The notes under the pieces are model-generated. The model made no database searches. It was not told where the DNA came from and saw only the letters and a program-made list of their open reading frames with translations. The translations under genes were made by a program, and so were the position numbers. A stretch of DNA of 64,000 nucleotides from positions 32,001 to 96,000 of the forward strand of contig JBIPSI010000010.1 of NCBI GenBank assembly GCA_044070495.1, given 5' to 3'. This document shows positions 1 through 12,023 of this stretch, one piece after another; within the stretch, counting starts at the first letter, position 1, and each line of letters opens with the position of its first letter. The stretch is from Spirulina sp. GTDB lineage: Bacteria > Cyanobacteriota > Cyanobacteriia > Phormidesmidales > Phormidesmidaceae.

Positions 1-22
1 CGCTAAGCGTCCCAAGTCCTAG
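1..22 (+). CDS. rpsL: 30S ribosomal protein S12, 3' end only
   Basis: Frame 2 reads AKRPKS-stop, the typical S12 C-terminus, directly upstream of rpsG. Confidence 0.85.
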
Positions 23-206
23 AACAGACTTCTAGCTTTCGGCGATGGTGTGGCTAGTCGCAACGATTCATCGTGTCTGAAAAGCAATTTCTGGTCTGAA
101 ATTCATCGGCTGGCTGTCCTCAAAGCCTGGGAAACGCATCTAAACCATGCGTTTTTTCCACCTCTAACATCGATCCTTACGTTCCACAGACTTCGGAAGA
201 TAAGTT

Positions 207-677
207 ATGTCCCGTCGTACCGTTATTCAGAAACGTCCGATTCCCCCCGATTCGGTCTATAACAGCCGCCTCATCACCATGATGAGCCGTCGTTTGATGA
301 CCAGCGGCAAGCGCTCCCTGGCCGACCGCATCATCTACGATTCCTTCAATATCATTAAGGAACGTAGCGGTGGCGATCCCCTCGAAGTGTTCGAGCGGGC
401 TGTCCGCAACACCACTCCCCTGGTCGAGGTAAAGGCTCGCCGGGTGGGGGGGGCTACCTACCAAGTTCCCATGGAAGTCCGTCCTGAGCGGGGTGTAGCA
501 CTGTCTCTGCGCTGGTTGACCCAGTTTTCCCGGCAGCGTTCTGGTAAATCCATGGCCATCAAGCTAGCTAACGAGCTGATGGATGCAGCCAACGAAACGG
601 GCGGTGCGGTACGTAAACGGGAAGAAACCCACCGTATGGCTGAAGCGAACAAGGCTTTCGCTCACTACCGATACTAG
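207..677 (+). CDS. rpsG: 30S ribosomal protein S7
   Basis: [11 protein letters not shown] and [14 protein letters not shown] motifs; str operon position. Confidence 0.99.
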   Translation: MSRRTVIQKRPIPPDSVYNSRLITMMSRRLMTSGKRSLADRIIYDSFNIIKERSGGDPLEVFERAVRNTTPLVEVKARRVGGATYQVPMEVRPERGVALSLRWLTQFSRQRSGKSMAIKLANELMDAANETGGAVRKREETHRMAEANKAFAHYRY

Positions 678-684
678 GCCGTCC

Positions 685-733
685 ATACCCATCGCTAGGT
701 GTCTGGGGCAGGCCCGGCGCTAGCGATGGGTAT
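685..733 (+). promoter_or_regulatory. Stem-loop in the rpsG-fusA spacer
   Basis: 14-bp perfect arms ATACCCATCGCTAG (685-698) / CTAGCGATGGGTAT (720-733); function (mRNA stability or processing) inferred. Confidence 0.55.
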
Positions 734-802
734 CGCTTTATTGAAAACAGGTCTAAAACAGTGCGGTTAATGGACTAGCTCCATACTAATCAGGAGGTAG
801 CT

Positions 803-2878
803 GTGGCACGGACAACGCCCCTAGAGCGAGTTAGGAATATCGGAATCGCTGCCCACATCGACGCAGGCAAAACCACCACCACAGAGCGAATTCTCTACTA
901 TTCAGGGATCGTTCACAAAATCGGTGAAGTACATGAAGGTACCGCTGTAACCGACTGGATGGAGCAGGAACGGGAGCGGGGAATTACCATCACCGCCGCC
1001 GCCATCAGTACCAGTTGGCGGGATCATCAAATCAATATTATTGATACCCCCGGCCACGTCGATTTCACCATCGAAGTCGAACGCTCAATGCGTGTTCTAG
1101 ATGGCGTGATTGCCGTGTTTTGCTCAGTGGGTGGTGTGCAACCTCAATCTGAAACCGTTTGGCGGCAAGCCAACCGGTACAGGGTACCGCGCATCGCCTT
1201 CGTCAATAAAATGGATCGAACTGGGGCCAATTTTTTCAAGGTCTACCAGCAGTTGCGAGATCGCCTAGGGGCTAATGCCGTGGCCATCCAGGTACCCATT
1301 GGCTCAGAGAGTAATTTCCAAGGGGTCATCGACTTGGTGTCCATGCGTGCCCGCATCTACCATGACGATCTTGGCAAAACCGTTGAAGATGCTGAAATTC
1401 CTGCCGACTTGCAGGGGGTAGCTGAAGAGTATCGCACCCACCTCGTAGAAGCAGCGGCGGAGACCGATGATCACCTGATGGAAAAGTATCTGGAAGGGGA
1501 AGACTTTTCCGAGGAGGAAATCGTCGCTGCCCTACGTCAGGGAACCATCAGCGGCAATATTGTCCCCGTACTGTGCGGATCCGCGTTCAAAAATCGGGGC
1601 GTCCAGCTCTTGCTAGATGCGGTGGTGGACTATCTCCCATCTCCCCTAGATGTGCCTGCAATCCAGGGTCTTTTGCCCGATGGCAACACCGCCGAGCGCC
1701 ACGCCAACGATGAGGAACCCCTAGCTGCCTTGGCCTTCAAAATCATGGCCGATCCTTACGGTCGCCTGACCTTTGTACGGGTATACTCCGGGGTATTGAA
1801 AAAAGGGAGTTACATCTACAACGCCACGAAGGATAAAAAAGAGCGCATCTCTCGCCTGATCGTCCTTAAAGCTGATGATCGCATTGAGGTAGATGAGCTA
1901 CGGGCTGGCGATTTGGGGGCCGTGATTGGCCTGAAGGATACCTTTACCGGTGACACCATCTGCGAACCAGAACATCCTATTGTCCTAGAATCTCTGTTTG
2001 TGCCAGAGCCTGTTATTTCCGTGGCTGTAGAGCCTAAGACCAAGCAAGACATGGACAAGCTGTCTAAAGCACTACAATCGCTGTCTGAGGAAGACCCTAC
2101 CTTCCGAGTGAGTACTGATCCTGAAACCAACCAAACCGTGATCGCGGGCATGGGTGAATTGCACCTTGATATCCTAGTAGATCGCATGCTGCGGGAATTT
2201 AAGGTGGAGGCCAACATCGGCGCACCCCAGGTCGCCTATCGCGAAACTATTCGCAAGGCAACCAATGCTGAAGGACGCTTTATTCGCCAAAGCGGTGGTA
2301 AAGGTCAATACGGTCACGTTGTTGTCAAGGTAGAGCCAGCTGAAGCAGGTAGTGGGTTTGAATTTGTGTCTAAAATTGTTGGAGGGACAATTCCAAAGGA
2401 ATACATCCCTTCCGCCGAACAAGGCATGAAAGAAGCCTGCGAATCTGGTATCCTAGCTGGGTATCCTGTAATCGATTTAAAGGTTACACTAACCGATGGG
2501 TCTTACCATGAGGTAGATTCTTCGGAAATGGCCTTTAAGATTGCTGGGTCGATGGCGATGAAAGAAGCCGTCATGAAGGCATCTCCCGTCCTTCTTGAGC
2601 CCATTATGAAGGTCGAGGTTGAAGTTCCGGAAGACTTTCTGGGCGATGTCATGGGAGACTTGAACTCCCGACGTGGTCAGATCGAAGGCATGGGGTCTGA
2701 GGCTGGTGTTGCAAAGGTTACCGCCGATGTCCCATTAGCTGAGATGTTTGGTTATGCTACCGACATCCGCTCTAAAACGCAGGGTCGGGGCATTTTTTCG
2801 ATGGAATTTAGCCATTATGGCGAAGTTCCTCGAAATGTGGCTGAGGCCATTATCTCTAAAAACAGTGGGAACGCTTAG
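803..2878 (+). CDS. fusA: Elongation factor G
   Basis: [21 protein letters not shown] motifs; GTG start after AGGAGG; str operon. Confidence 0.99.
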   Translation: MARTTPLERVRNIGIAAHIDAGKTTTTERILYYSGIVHKIGEVHEGTAVTDWMEQERERGITITAAAISTSWRDHQINIIDTPGHVDFTIEVERSMRVLDGVIAVFCSVGGVQPQSETVWRQANRYRVPRIAFVNKMDRTGANFFKVYQQLRDRLGANAVAIQVPIGSESNFQGVIDLVSMRARIYHDDLGKTVEDAEIPADLQGVAEEYRTHLVEAAAETDDHLMEKYLEGEDFSEEEIVAALRQGTISGNIVPVLCGSAFKNRGVQLLLDAVVDYLPSPLDVPAIQGLLPDGNTAERHANDEEPLAALAFKIMADPYGRLTFVRVYSGVLKKGSYIYNATKDKKERISRLIVLKADDRIEVDELRAGDLGAVIGLKDTFTGDTICEPEHPIVLESLFVPEPVISVAVEPKTKQDMDKLSKALQSLSEEDPTFRVSTDPETNQTVIAGMGELHLDILVDRMLREFKVEANIGAPQVAYRETIRKATNAEGRFIRQSGGKGQYGHVVVKVEPAEAGSGFEFVSKIVGGTIPKEYIPSAEQGMKEACESGILAGYPVIDLKVTLTDGSYHEVDSSEMAFKIAGSMAMKEAVMKASPVLLEPIMKVEVEVPEDFLGDVMGDLNSRRGQIEGMGSEAGVAKVTADVPLAEMFGYATDIRSKTQGRGIFSMEFSHYGEVPRNVAEAIISKNSGNA

Positions 2879-2902
2879 AAAAAGAAAGGACACGTAACGT
2901 AA

Positions 2903-4132
2903 ATGGCACGCGAAAAGTTTGAACGGACTAAACCGCACGTTAACATTGGCACCATTGGTCACGTTGACCATGGTAAAACGACCTTAACGGCTGCTATTAC
3001 CATGGCGCTAGCTGCCGCCGGTGGCGCTAAAGCTCGTAAGTACGATGAAATTGATGCTGCTCCCGAAGAAAGGGCTCGTGGGATCACCATCAACACCGCC
3101 CACGTGGAGTATGAAACCGAAACTCGGCACTATGCCCACGTGGATTGCCCTGGACACGCTGACTATGTGAAGAACATGATCACCGGTGCCGCTCAGATGG
3201 ACGGTGCCATTCTGGTGTGCTCCGCCGCTGATGGCCCCATGCCCCAGACCCGTGAGCACATCCTCCTAGCTCGGCAGGTGGGTGTACCTAGCCTAGTGGT
3301 TTTCCTGAATAAGCAAGATCAGGTGGATGACGAGGAACTGCTGGAACTGGTGGAACTGGAGGTTCGTGAACTCCTGACCGAGTATCAGTTCCCTGGCGAT
3401 GATATCCCCATCACCCCTGGTTCTGCTCTGCTGGCCGTGGAAGCCCTAACCGCCAACCCCGCCATTAAGCGTGGTGAAGATACCTGGGTAGACAAAGTGC
3501 TGACGCTCATGGATAGCGTAGACGAGTATATCCCCACCCCCGAACGCGACGTGGATAAGCCCTTCCTCATGGCCGTTGAAGATGTCTTCTCCATTACAGG
3601 TCGGGGTACGGTAGCCACCGGGCGGATCGAGCGTGGAGTCGTCAAGGTTGGCGACGTGGTTGAACTGGTGGGTATTCGTGACACTCGCAACACGACGGTC
3701 ACCGGTATCGAAATGTTCAAAAAGAGCCTTGATCAAGGTATGGCCGGTGATAACGCTGGTCTACTGTTGCGGGGTATCCAGAAGGAAGATGTGGAGCGTG
3801 GGATGGTGCTCGCTAAGCCCGGCAGCATTACTCCCCACACTGAGTTTGAGGGAGAAGTCTACATCTTGACTGAAAAAGAAGGCGGACGAAAGACCCCCTT
3901 CTTCCCCGGTTACAAGCCTCAGTTCTACGTGCGTACAACTGATGTAACGGGTAGCATCAAAGCGTTCACCTCCGATGACGGTAGTGCGGCTGAAATGGTG
4001 ATGCCTGGTGACCGGATCAAGATGACCGTGGAACTGATCAACCCCATTGCCATTGAGCAAAATATGCGTTTTGCTATCCGTGAGGGTGGTCGCACCGTGG
4101 GCGCTGGTGTTGTGTCCAAAATCCTGAAGTAA
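2903..4132 (+). CDS. tuf: Elongation factor Tu
   Basis: [28 protein letters not shown] motifs. Confidence 0.99.
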   Translation: MAREKFERTKPHVNIGTIGHVDHGKTTLTAAITMALAAAGGAKARKYDEIDAAPEERARGITINTAHVEYETETRHYAHVDCPGHADYVKNMITGAAQMDGAILVCSAADGPMPQTREHILLARQVGVPSLVVFLNKQDQVDDEELLELVELEVRELLTEYQFPGDDIPITPGSALLAVEALTANPAIKRGEDTWVDKVLTLMDSVDEYIPTPERDVDKPFLMAVEDVFSITGRGTVATGRIERGVVKVGDVVELVGIRDTRNTTVTGIEMFKKSLDQGMAGDNAGLLLRGIQKEDVERGMVLAKPGSITPHTEFEGEVYILTEKEGGRKTPFFPGYKPQFYVRTTDVTGSIKAFTSDDGSAAEMVMPGDRIKMTVELINPIAIEQNMRFAIREGGRTVGAGVVSKILK

Positions 4133-4237
4133 CTTCAGATCTTCTAGATAGCAGAGTGGGGGCAGGTGAGTGGCTTGCCCCCCTTCTCTTCTTGATTCTG
4201 TTTGTTGAACCTTGAAAATTTAATTGGAGTTAGCCCT

Positions 4238-4555
4238 ATGGCAACGATTCAGCAGCAAAAAATTCGGATTCGCCTTAAAGCCTTTGACCGCAGACTGCTC
4301 GACACCTCCTGCGAAAAGATTGTTGATACAGCCAACCGCACCAACGCTACAGCCATTGGCCCCATTCCCCTACCCACCAAGCGCCGCATCTATTGTGTGT
4401 TGCGCTCTCCCCACGTCGATAAGGATTCTCGGGAACATTTTGAGAGCCGCACCCATCGCCGGATTATCGATATCTATCAGCCCTCTTCTAAAACCATTGA
4501 TGCACTCATGAAGCTGGATTTACCAGCTGGAGTTGATATTGAAGTGAAGCTCTAG
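4238..4555 (+). CDS. rpsJ: 30S ribosomal protein S10
   Basis: [10 protein letters not shown] and [14 protein letters not shown] motifs; ATG at 4238 after GGAG. Confidence 0.98.
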   Translation: MATIQQQKIRIRLKAFDRRLLDTSCEKIVDTANRTNATAIGPIPLPTKRRIYCVLRSPHVDKDSREHFESRTHRRIIDIYQPSSKTIDALMKLDLPAGVDIEVKL

Positions 4556-4623
4556 AAGCACCGACCTGTGGGGGATAGAGTCCTCGATGATAGTTTTCGA
4601 GACTTGTCTGTCATTACCAGAGA

Positions 4624-4662
4624 CCATATACAGGCAACCTTTTAGGGGTTGCCTGTATATGG
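4624..4662. terminator. Perfect 16-bp stem-loop downstream of rpsJ
   Basis: CCATATACAGGCAACC (4624-4639) / GGTTGCCTGTATATGG (4647-4662); no U-tract follows. Confidence 0.55.
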
Positions 4663-4984
4663 ATGGAGAGTATTTTGTCCCTCAATGATGTTTTATCCCC
4701 TGCCAGTCTCGGACTTCTATCAAGCTCTCCACCGGAGTGTGGCCTAGACCGTATGATTATCATCCTCAGCTCCCTGTTTCCATGCAATAGGGGGGATTTC
4801 CTATTGTTGAAATAACTTGCCTAAAGTATCGAGAGAGCCGCAGATTCGCTCTACGAGAAAGCCGCACTCCTGCGAAGAGTTAGGCTAAGATAGAAGGGCA
4901 TTATATTAAAAAGTATTACGGTCGAGCGCGTCGCTACACTGAACGGCGCTGAACACAGAGGCATTTTGATCCATAGGGGCGTCC

Positions 4985-5626
4985 ATGGCATTCTCTGAAT
5001 CAATCTCTGTCCGAGAGCTACCGCTATTTCCTCTGCCGGAACTGGTGTTGTTCCCAGGACGACATCTCCCTCTCCATATTTTTGAGTTTCGTTACCGGAT
5101 CATGATGAATACCTTGCTCCAGGGGGATCGTCGGTTTGGAGTGTTAATGTTGGACCCAACAACAGGGCAACCAGCCCAGGTTGGTTGTTGTGCTGAGATA
5201 TTGCACTATCAGCGACTACCTGACGACAGGATGAAGATTTTGACCATTGGGCAACAGCGCTTCCGAGTATTGAGCTATGTGCGGGAAAAGCCTTATCGAG
5301 TGGGCCTGGTAGAATGGCTAGAAGATAAGCCGACAGACCGCAATTTAGCCCCTTTAGTGTCAGATGTGGATCGCTTATTACGTGATGTGGTACACCTTTC
5401 GGCCAAGCTGACTAGCCAAGAAATTGAGATTCCAGAGAATATACCTAGTTTGCCAACAGAGCTTTCCTATTGGGTTGCGAGTAATCTTTATGGAGTCGCC
5501 CTGGAGCAGCAGTCCTTGTTAGAAATGGATGATACTGAGACTAGACTAGAGCGCGAGGCAGAGATTTTGACCTCAACCCGAAATCACCTTGCTGCCCGTA
5601 CAGCCCTGAAAGAGGTGCTCGAATAG
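4985..5626 (+). CDS. LON peptidase N-terminal (substrate-binding) domain protein
   Basis: ELPLFPLPELVLFPG...LHIFEFRYRIMM signature; this gene commonly follows rpsJ in cyanobacteria. Confidence 0.92.
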   Translation: MAFSESISVRELPLFPLPELVLFPGRHLPLHIFEFRYRIMMNTLLQGDRRFGVLMLDPTTGQPAQVGCCAEILHYQRLPDDRMKILTIGQQRFRVLSYVREKPYRVGLVEWLEDKPTDRNLAPLVSDVDRLLRDVVHLSAKLTSQEIEIPENIPSLPTELSYWVASNLYGVALEQQSLLEMDDTETRLEREAEILTSTRNHLAARTALKEVLE

Positions 5627-5760
5627 TTACTAGCAGGCTCTACTTCATTAGCATGTTTATGCTAGCCTTTGTTTTCTCAAGTTAGTTATGCTAATTCTTT
5701 AAAGAATTAGCATAGTGTTGTTTGGCGAAGTACCTTAAACACAGTACTTGATTAGAGTAA

Positions 5761-6290
5761 TACCCATCCGACATGAAGTTGAGCATAATAGATAGAGGGT
5801 GGCGTTCGAGAGGGTAGAGAGGATGGCCCGCCCCTTTGTGCTTGAGATTGCCGAGAGTGAAACCTTTCTGGAGAAAAGCCTGAAGCAGGCGAAAACGGGG
5901 TTCCGCAAAGAGCGGTTGCAAATGCTGTGGTGGATTAAGACGAAGCAAATCCGGTATCGGCAGGAGATTGGTGAGCGGTTGGGGCGCAGCCCAGCGACGA
6001 TTAGTCGTTGGCTGTTGTTGTATCGTCAGGGGGGCTTGGCGGCGCTGCTGGAGGAATTGTCCCGAACTCAACCCCATAGAACGCTTCTGGCTGCACCTCA
6101 AAGCCACCTGGAAAGGCGAGAACTTCCCCTCCCTCGATGCCCTTCAACAGCGGGTTGACGAGGAACTCGCCCGCCTAACCCCAGAGCAAGTGCAGTCCGT
6201 CATGGGGTATGACTTCATTCTCGACGCCTTACGCCAAGCTGAATGCCAGAAAACAGCCTAAATTATACTCAGCTTCATTTTGTATTGGTA
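5761..6290 (+). mobile_element. Internally deleted IS630-family element
   Basis: Imperfect 29-bp terminal inverted repeats (5761-5789 / 6262-6290), TA on the right flank, HTH fragment and out-of-frame DDE C-terminal fragment. Confidence 0.85.
5799..6261 (+). pseudogene. IS630 transposase pseudogene
   Basis: N-terminal KERLQMLWWIK...ISRWLLLYRQGGL joined near 6058, in another frame, to PELNPIERFWLHLK; central catalytic region missing. Confidence 0.85.
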
Positions 6291-6388
6291 TAACCCGTTT
6301 CGGTTTGCTAGGCCGTAGGATAGGCACCGCTTACCCTTAGGAAAAGCGATGCCAGCGCACTACCGCAATCTAACGATTTGGGGCTGAC

Positions 6389-7768
<1,380 letters not shown>

Positions 7769-8023
7769 CTATAAACACGTAGCGCTAGAGGGGACGAGTA
7801 CGGCAGAAGAGGCTAGATTTCAACGAATGCAGAAAATTATGGGGCTATGGCTCGTTGAGAGATGCCTATCTGGTCATAGCAACTGGGCTAAAGTGACCTC
7901 AATATCATTTCCGTAACCAACCATCTATCCACCGTAGCTCGAGGCGAATGCCCACCCATAGATGGGCTAGCCCTAAGCCAGACATATTCTGCAATCGTCG
8001 TTGCGATCTAATGACCTCAAGCA

Positions 8024-8104
8024 ACGCTTCCCTCCGCTGGTACTAACCAGGTCAGGTTCTGAGGGTATGATCTCAGTCCGATTCCTCGGACACCCCTAGC
8101 TTGC
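8024..8104 (-). ncRNA. TPP riboswitch aptamer
   Basis: Minus strand AGGGGTGTC..CTGAGATCATACCCTCAGAACCTGACCTGGTTAGTACCAGCGGAGGGAAGC matches THI-box consensus; upstream of thiC. Confidence 0.96.
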
Positions 8105-8199
8105 TCGTATGATAGCACGGTCAACTGGTACGCCTTTCACGGCTGACTGAGAGTTATTCCACGGATCAAGGAGGCCACCCATAACTCCTGTTTAGCAGC

Positions 8200-9492
8200 C
8201 TAGCTATAGTGCTGATCCAGGCGCAGCAGGGTTTCTAGCAGCACGTTGGCCCCCTGGGTGCATTGGTCGGGGGAGGTGTATTCCACCTCAGAGTGGCTGA
8301 AGCCACCCTCGCTGGGTACAAAAATCATGCCCATGTCGGTGAAACGGCCAATTTCCAGGGCGTCATGTCCGGCGCGGCTGGGCATGGGCATAGAACTCAG
8401 GCCCAGGGTGGCGCAGACCTCGGCAATGGTGGACTGGATGTGGGGGGCGGCGGGGCTGGGGGCCACATTGAGCTGGGGCAGAATTTCGATGTGGGTGTGG
8501 GTGCGCTGGGCAATGGCAACGAGTTCAATCTTCAGGTCGTTGACCAGCTTGTCGATCACGTCTTGATCCAAATCGCGCACATCTAAACTAGCGACGACCT
8601 TACCGGGCACAATGTTGGCGGCGTTGGGCGACACCTGCAAGGCTCCCACGGTGGCCACCCGCTGCCCCGGTGGATCGGTGGCCAGTTGGTTGACGGCCAG
8701 CACCACCTGAGCGGCGGCAACCAGGGCATCCTGGCGCAGATCCATAGGTGTAGTTCCGGCATGGTTGGGCCGTCCGGTAATTTGGATTTGGTAGCGCTGC
8801 ATCCCCACCACCCCTTGCACCACGCCGATTTGGGCCTTGGCGGTTTCTAACACGCCCCCCTGCTCCACATGGAGTTCCACAAAGGCGCACACTTCGCCAC
8901 GGGTGCGGCGGGCCAGGGCAAGGCGGCTCCAGTCGCCCCCCACCTGCTGAACGCATTGATCGATGGGGTGGCCATCCTTGCGGCGATAGTCTGTCACTTC
9001 CAAAGACGCCGTTCCGGCCATGGCCCGACTGCCGATCATGGTGTCCTCTTCGTCGGCGAAGACAATCACCTCAAAGGGATGATCCAACTGAAGGCTGTGC
9101 TCTTGCAGGGTGCGAGCTACTTCGAGTCCGGCCAACACGCCCAAACAGCCATCAAACTTGCCGCCGCAGGGCACCGTGTCGATGTGGGAACCCGTGGCCA
9201 GGGCCGGGAGATCCAACCGTCCCGGTAAGCGGCCAATCATATTGCCCGCCGTATCCAGCCGTACGGTCATGCCCGCCTCGGTCATCCAGCGCCGCACCAG
9301 TTCCCGCCCTTGCACATCCTCCGGGCTAAAGGCCAGCCGACAAATGCCACCGTTGTCCATTTGGCCAATGGCTGCAAGGTCGTCCAAGCTTTGGTTAAGG
9401 CGCTTGCCGTTCACCCGCAGCACGGGCTGACCATGGACGGCCTGATCGGCGGCGGGTTGACCTTGGGAAGAGAGGGTGGGCAGGGTGGTCAT
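8200..9492 (-). CDS. M20-family Zn amidohydrolase (allantoate amidohydrolase / N-carbamoyl-L-amino-acid hydrolase type)
   Basis: GSHIDTV, DGCLG, ELHVEQG, NHAGTTPM, AGHDA, SHS motifs. Confidence 0.92.
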   Translation of the reverse strand: MTTLPTLSSQGQPAADQAVHGQPVLRVNGKRLNQSLDDLAAIGQMDNGGICRLAFSPEDVQGRELVRRWMTEAGMTVRLDTAGNMIGRLPGRLDLPALATGSHIDTVPCGGKFDGCLGVLAGLEVARTLQEHSLQLDHPFEVIVFADEEDTMIGSRAMAGTASLEVTDYRRKDGHPIDQCVQQVGGDWSRLALARRTRGEVCAFVELHVEQGGVLETAKAQIGVVQGVVGMQRYQIQITGRPNHAGTTPMDLRQDALVAAAQVVLAVNQLATDPPGQRVATVGALQVSPNAANIVPGKVVASLDVRDLDQDVIDKLVNDLKIELVAIAQRTHTHIEILPQLNVAPSPAAPHIQSTIAEVCATLGLSSMPMPSRAGHDALEIGRFTDMGMIFVPSEGGFSHSEVEYTSPDQCTQGANVLLETLLRLDQHYS

Positions 9493-9541
9493 AGGGGTTG
9501 TGGGATAAGGGGTAGAGCGGGTTGAGGGTATTGTGGTGTCG

Positions 9542-9609
9542 AGATCCCAGGGTTCTTTTACGGCCTGTCCCCAGGATGAGGGCGATCCCGAAGCAGAACC
9601 CTGGGATCT
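9542..9609. repeat. REP-like palindrome with a 38-nt interior
   Basis: AGATCCCAGGGTTCT (9542-9556) / AGAACCCTGGGATCT (9595-9609); the same arms occur at 40013-40045. Confidence 0.75.
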
Positions 9610-9763
9610 GAACCCTAAGGTGTGTCATCAAATCCAGCCAAAACCCTTGTAGAACAAGCCTTGCCATGCCCGCAGGCTAGGGGCTGTAATCGTTAATTTC
9701 TGGGCCATCAGCGATTGATGACAGGCCCTAGGGCTTAGGCCAACATTGTAGAAAATGTTAACA

Positions 9764-9777
9764 GTAGGAAATGTTAC
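9764..9777. promoter_or_regulatory. NtcA-type site GTA-N8-TAC upstream of the amidohydrolase
   Basis: GTAGGAAATGTTAC; spacing to the nearest TACAAT is only 13 nt, so not a canonical activating geometry. Confidence 0.4.
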
Positions 9778-9815
9778 TAACCTATCCTAGCGGCTGATGA
9801 CGGTGTATACCGTTT

Positions 9816-9827
9816 ATTGTATACAGT
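9816..9827. promoter_or_regulatory. Palindromic operator-like site ATTGTATACAGT
   Basis: 11/12 match to the perfect palindrome at 28278-28289; a second core TGTATAC at 9804-9810. Confidence 0.55.
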
Positions 9828-9869
9828 CCTGCAATATGGCTGGGGGAATGACATCTAGGCTGAGGGCCG

Positions 9870-10730
9870 CTAGTCCTCCATATCCGTGAAGGGTGGCACT
9901 TTGGGGTAAGGGAGGGAGCGTTGGGCAAAGGCCGCTTTGGCGCGGCGCAGAATATCGGTGCGGAAGGCGGGTTCGTTGCGAATATCGAGGGGATAGGCAC
10001 GGAGCTTAAAGTGGGTGCCCCAGGGCTTTTCGGCGATCACCACCACGATGGGCAGGTTGAGCTGGGTGAATCGGCTGCTGTAGGCGGCTTGGTACAAAAT
10101 GTCGGTGACGGCTTCGGCATCCACCCCATGGTCAAAGTAAACGTCGGTGGCGACCTGGGCCTCTAGGCTGCCGCTGTTGGCGTTGATAATGGCCTCCGTC
10201 CAGGTTTTGCTGTGGGGAATGGTGATCAGGTCGTCGTCAAAGGTGTGGAGCCGAATGCCGCGCAGCCCATAGCTGACCACCTCGCCGTAGTGATCACCGA
10301 TGGTGATGCGATCTCCCACTCGGTAGGGAGCCTCGAACAGGGCCACCACCCCGGCAATCACCGAGGTAATGTAGTCCTTGAAGGCGAACCCCACCGCCAC
10401 CGCCACCGTGCCCGTAATGGCAAACAAATTTTGCTCCGATACATTGAGAAACAGCCCCGCCACATGGGCAATCAGCACAATTAACACCGTGCCCTTCCAG
10501 AAGGGAATCGACTGTTTGATGATCAGCCGAGAACGGCGGGGCACTTTTTCCGAGAGCCAATTCGCTAGGGTTTGCCCCCCGGAAAGCAGGGCGTAGGCCA
10601 GAATAACGCTCAGAACCGCATTGGCCACCCGCCCTAGGGTAATGGTCTTGAACAGGGCGGAGGCGTCTTCCACGGCATCCATCTGCCCCAACCACCATAG
10701 GGATAGCTGTGCAAGGTTAGCCAAATTCAT
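9870..10730 (-). CDS. MscS-family mechanosensitive channel
   Basis: TM helices, GFAFKDY, PYRVGDRITIG, ITIPHS MscS signature. Confidence 0.92.
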   Translation of the reverse strand: MNLANLAQLSLWWLGQMDAVEDASALFKTITLGRVANAVLSVILAYALLSGGQTLANWLSEKVPRRSRLIIKQSIPFWKGTVLIVLIAHVAGLFLNVSEQNLFAITGTVAVAVGFAFKDYITSVIAGVVALFEAPYRVGDRITIGDHYGEVVSYGLRGIRLHTFDDDLITIPHSKTWTEAIINANSGSLEAQVATDVYFDHGVDAEAVTDILYQAAYSSRFTQLNLPIVVVIAEKPWGTHFKLRAYPLDIRNEPAFRTDILRRAKAAFAQRSLPYPKVPPFTDMED

Positions 10731-11947
10731 TTCGCCTCCCCGGTGAGAAAGTTATTGGACTTCAGTTCAGCCAACACCAGCGGGTAGTAGGCGGGGTAGA
10801 GGGAAATTCCCTGGCGGGTTTGGCGTAGCACCCCGGCCTGCCGTAATCGCTGCACGTTGACCTCCACTAAATTAGCCGCCAGCCCCAGGCTTTGGGCCAG
10901 ATGGGATCGGGTCATGGATCCATGGAGCATCAGGGCATGGAGGACGTAGTGATCCTCGGCGGTAAGGCTGGGCAAGCTGGGCAGGGTGGCGGGCAGCAGT
11001 TGCAGCGGCACGGGCAGGGGGCCAGCCTGATCTAGGGGTTGGGGCTGTTCTGGCACATCCTCCTCCCGCAACCGCAGGGATCGCAGCCATAGGTATTGGG
11101 CCACCACCGCTTGCCCCCGCGACAGACTCGCCAACTCAGACCAAGACCAACCGCGAGCCTCCATTTCATCCAGGGGCGCATCGGCGGCCTCCCCAGACTC
11201 CGTCGTGGATGATTCTGGCTGCAAATCCGCCGCAAAGGGCCGCAGCCAGTCCGACAGCATGGCCTTATCCAGGGATGGCAACACCAGGGTTTCGCTAAAG
11301 TAGGATTCCACCTGGCAGACGCGATTTAAAAACGTCCAGGCCCAGGTATTGCAGCGAATCACCCAGAAATATTGCGGATACTGCCCCACCGTATCCCGCA
11401 GCCACTCCACCCCCTGCCAGCCGCCAATGCAGCGGAGAAAACATTGCTCTAAGGGCGGCATGATCACCAATCTGCGCCGCTGGGAGAGGGGATCGGGGTG
11501 GTCATCATCGGTTTGGGCCGTTTTCGACGGAATCTCCGCCAGGGCCTTGCTAAACTGTTCTGCCAAATTGAGGGGATTGGGGGGCCGCACCTGCCACGCC
11601 ATCGGTCGCCAAACTCGCACCGCCTGGGGCAGATCCCCCAGCCAATCTCCAGCCATCAAGCTCTCCATCAGCGCCTCGGTGTCCTCCACCGGGCTACTGA
11701 GAATCACCAGACTATTGGGGGCATCGGGATCCTGCTGCCAAGCGGTAACCACCGCGCTCAGACGCTCCTGGGCAGTGGTTTGGTAGACATCGGGAATCGG
11801 CCACTGGGCTAACCGTCGCCGTAGAGCCGCGTTCCACAGGGTCGGCAATGGGCACAGGTTGGCAACATCCTCCTGCTGGTTATTACGCGCCGCCGTCAGC
11901 CATGACCTAGCCTGACGCAGCAACGGACGAGAGGGCCACCCTGCCAT
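10727..11947 (-). CDS. Hypothetical protein, probable degenerate P-loop domain plus C-terminal winged HTH
   Basis: 406-aa ORF overlapping the mscS start by ATGA; LEQCFLRCIGG segment; C-terminal VLHALMLHGSMTRSHLAQSLG. Confidence 0.7.
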   Translation of the reverse strand: MAGWPSRPLLRQARSWLTAARNNQQEDVANLCPLPTLWNAALRRRLAQWPIPDVYQTTAQERLSAVVTAWQQDPDAPNSLVILSSPVEDTEALMESLMAGDWLGDLPQAVRVWRPMAWQVRPPNPLNLAEQFSKALAEIPSKTAQTDDDHPDPLSQRRRLVIMPPLEQCFLRCIGGWQGVEWLRDTVGQYPQYFWVIRCNTWAWTFLNRVCQVESYFSETLVLPSLDKAMLSDWLRPFAADLQPESSTTESGEAADAPLDEMEARGWSWSELASLSRGQAVVAQYLWLRSLRLREEDVPEQPQPLDQAGPLPVPLQLLPATLPSLPSLTAEDHYVLHALMLHGSMTRSHLAQSLGLAANLVEVNVQRLRQAGVLRQTRQGISLYPAYYPLVLAELKSNNFLTGEAK

Positions 11948-12023
11948 AGGACGGTAAAACCGGGGACTACCCCCCTAGGGTACGGGAAAACCGCCGCCGC
12001 CAGCCATCAGACCGACAAAACAC

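Noticed and set aside
5799..6261. Programmed frameshift producing an active IS630 transposase
   Set aside because: The combined product is only about 150 aa and lacks most of the DDE domain, which indicates a deletion.
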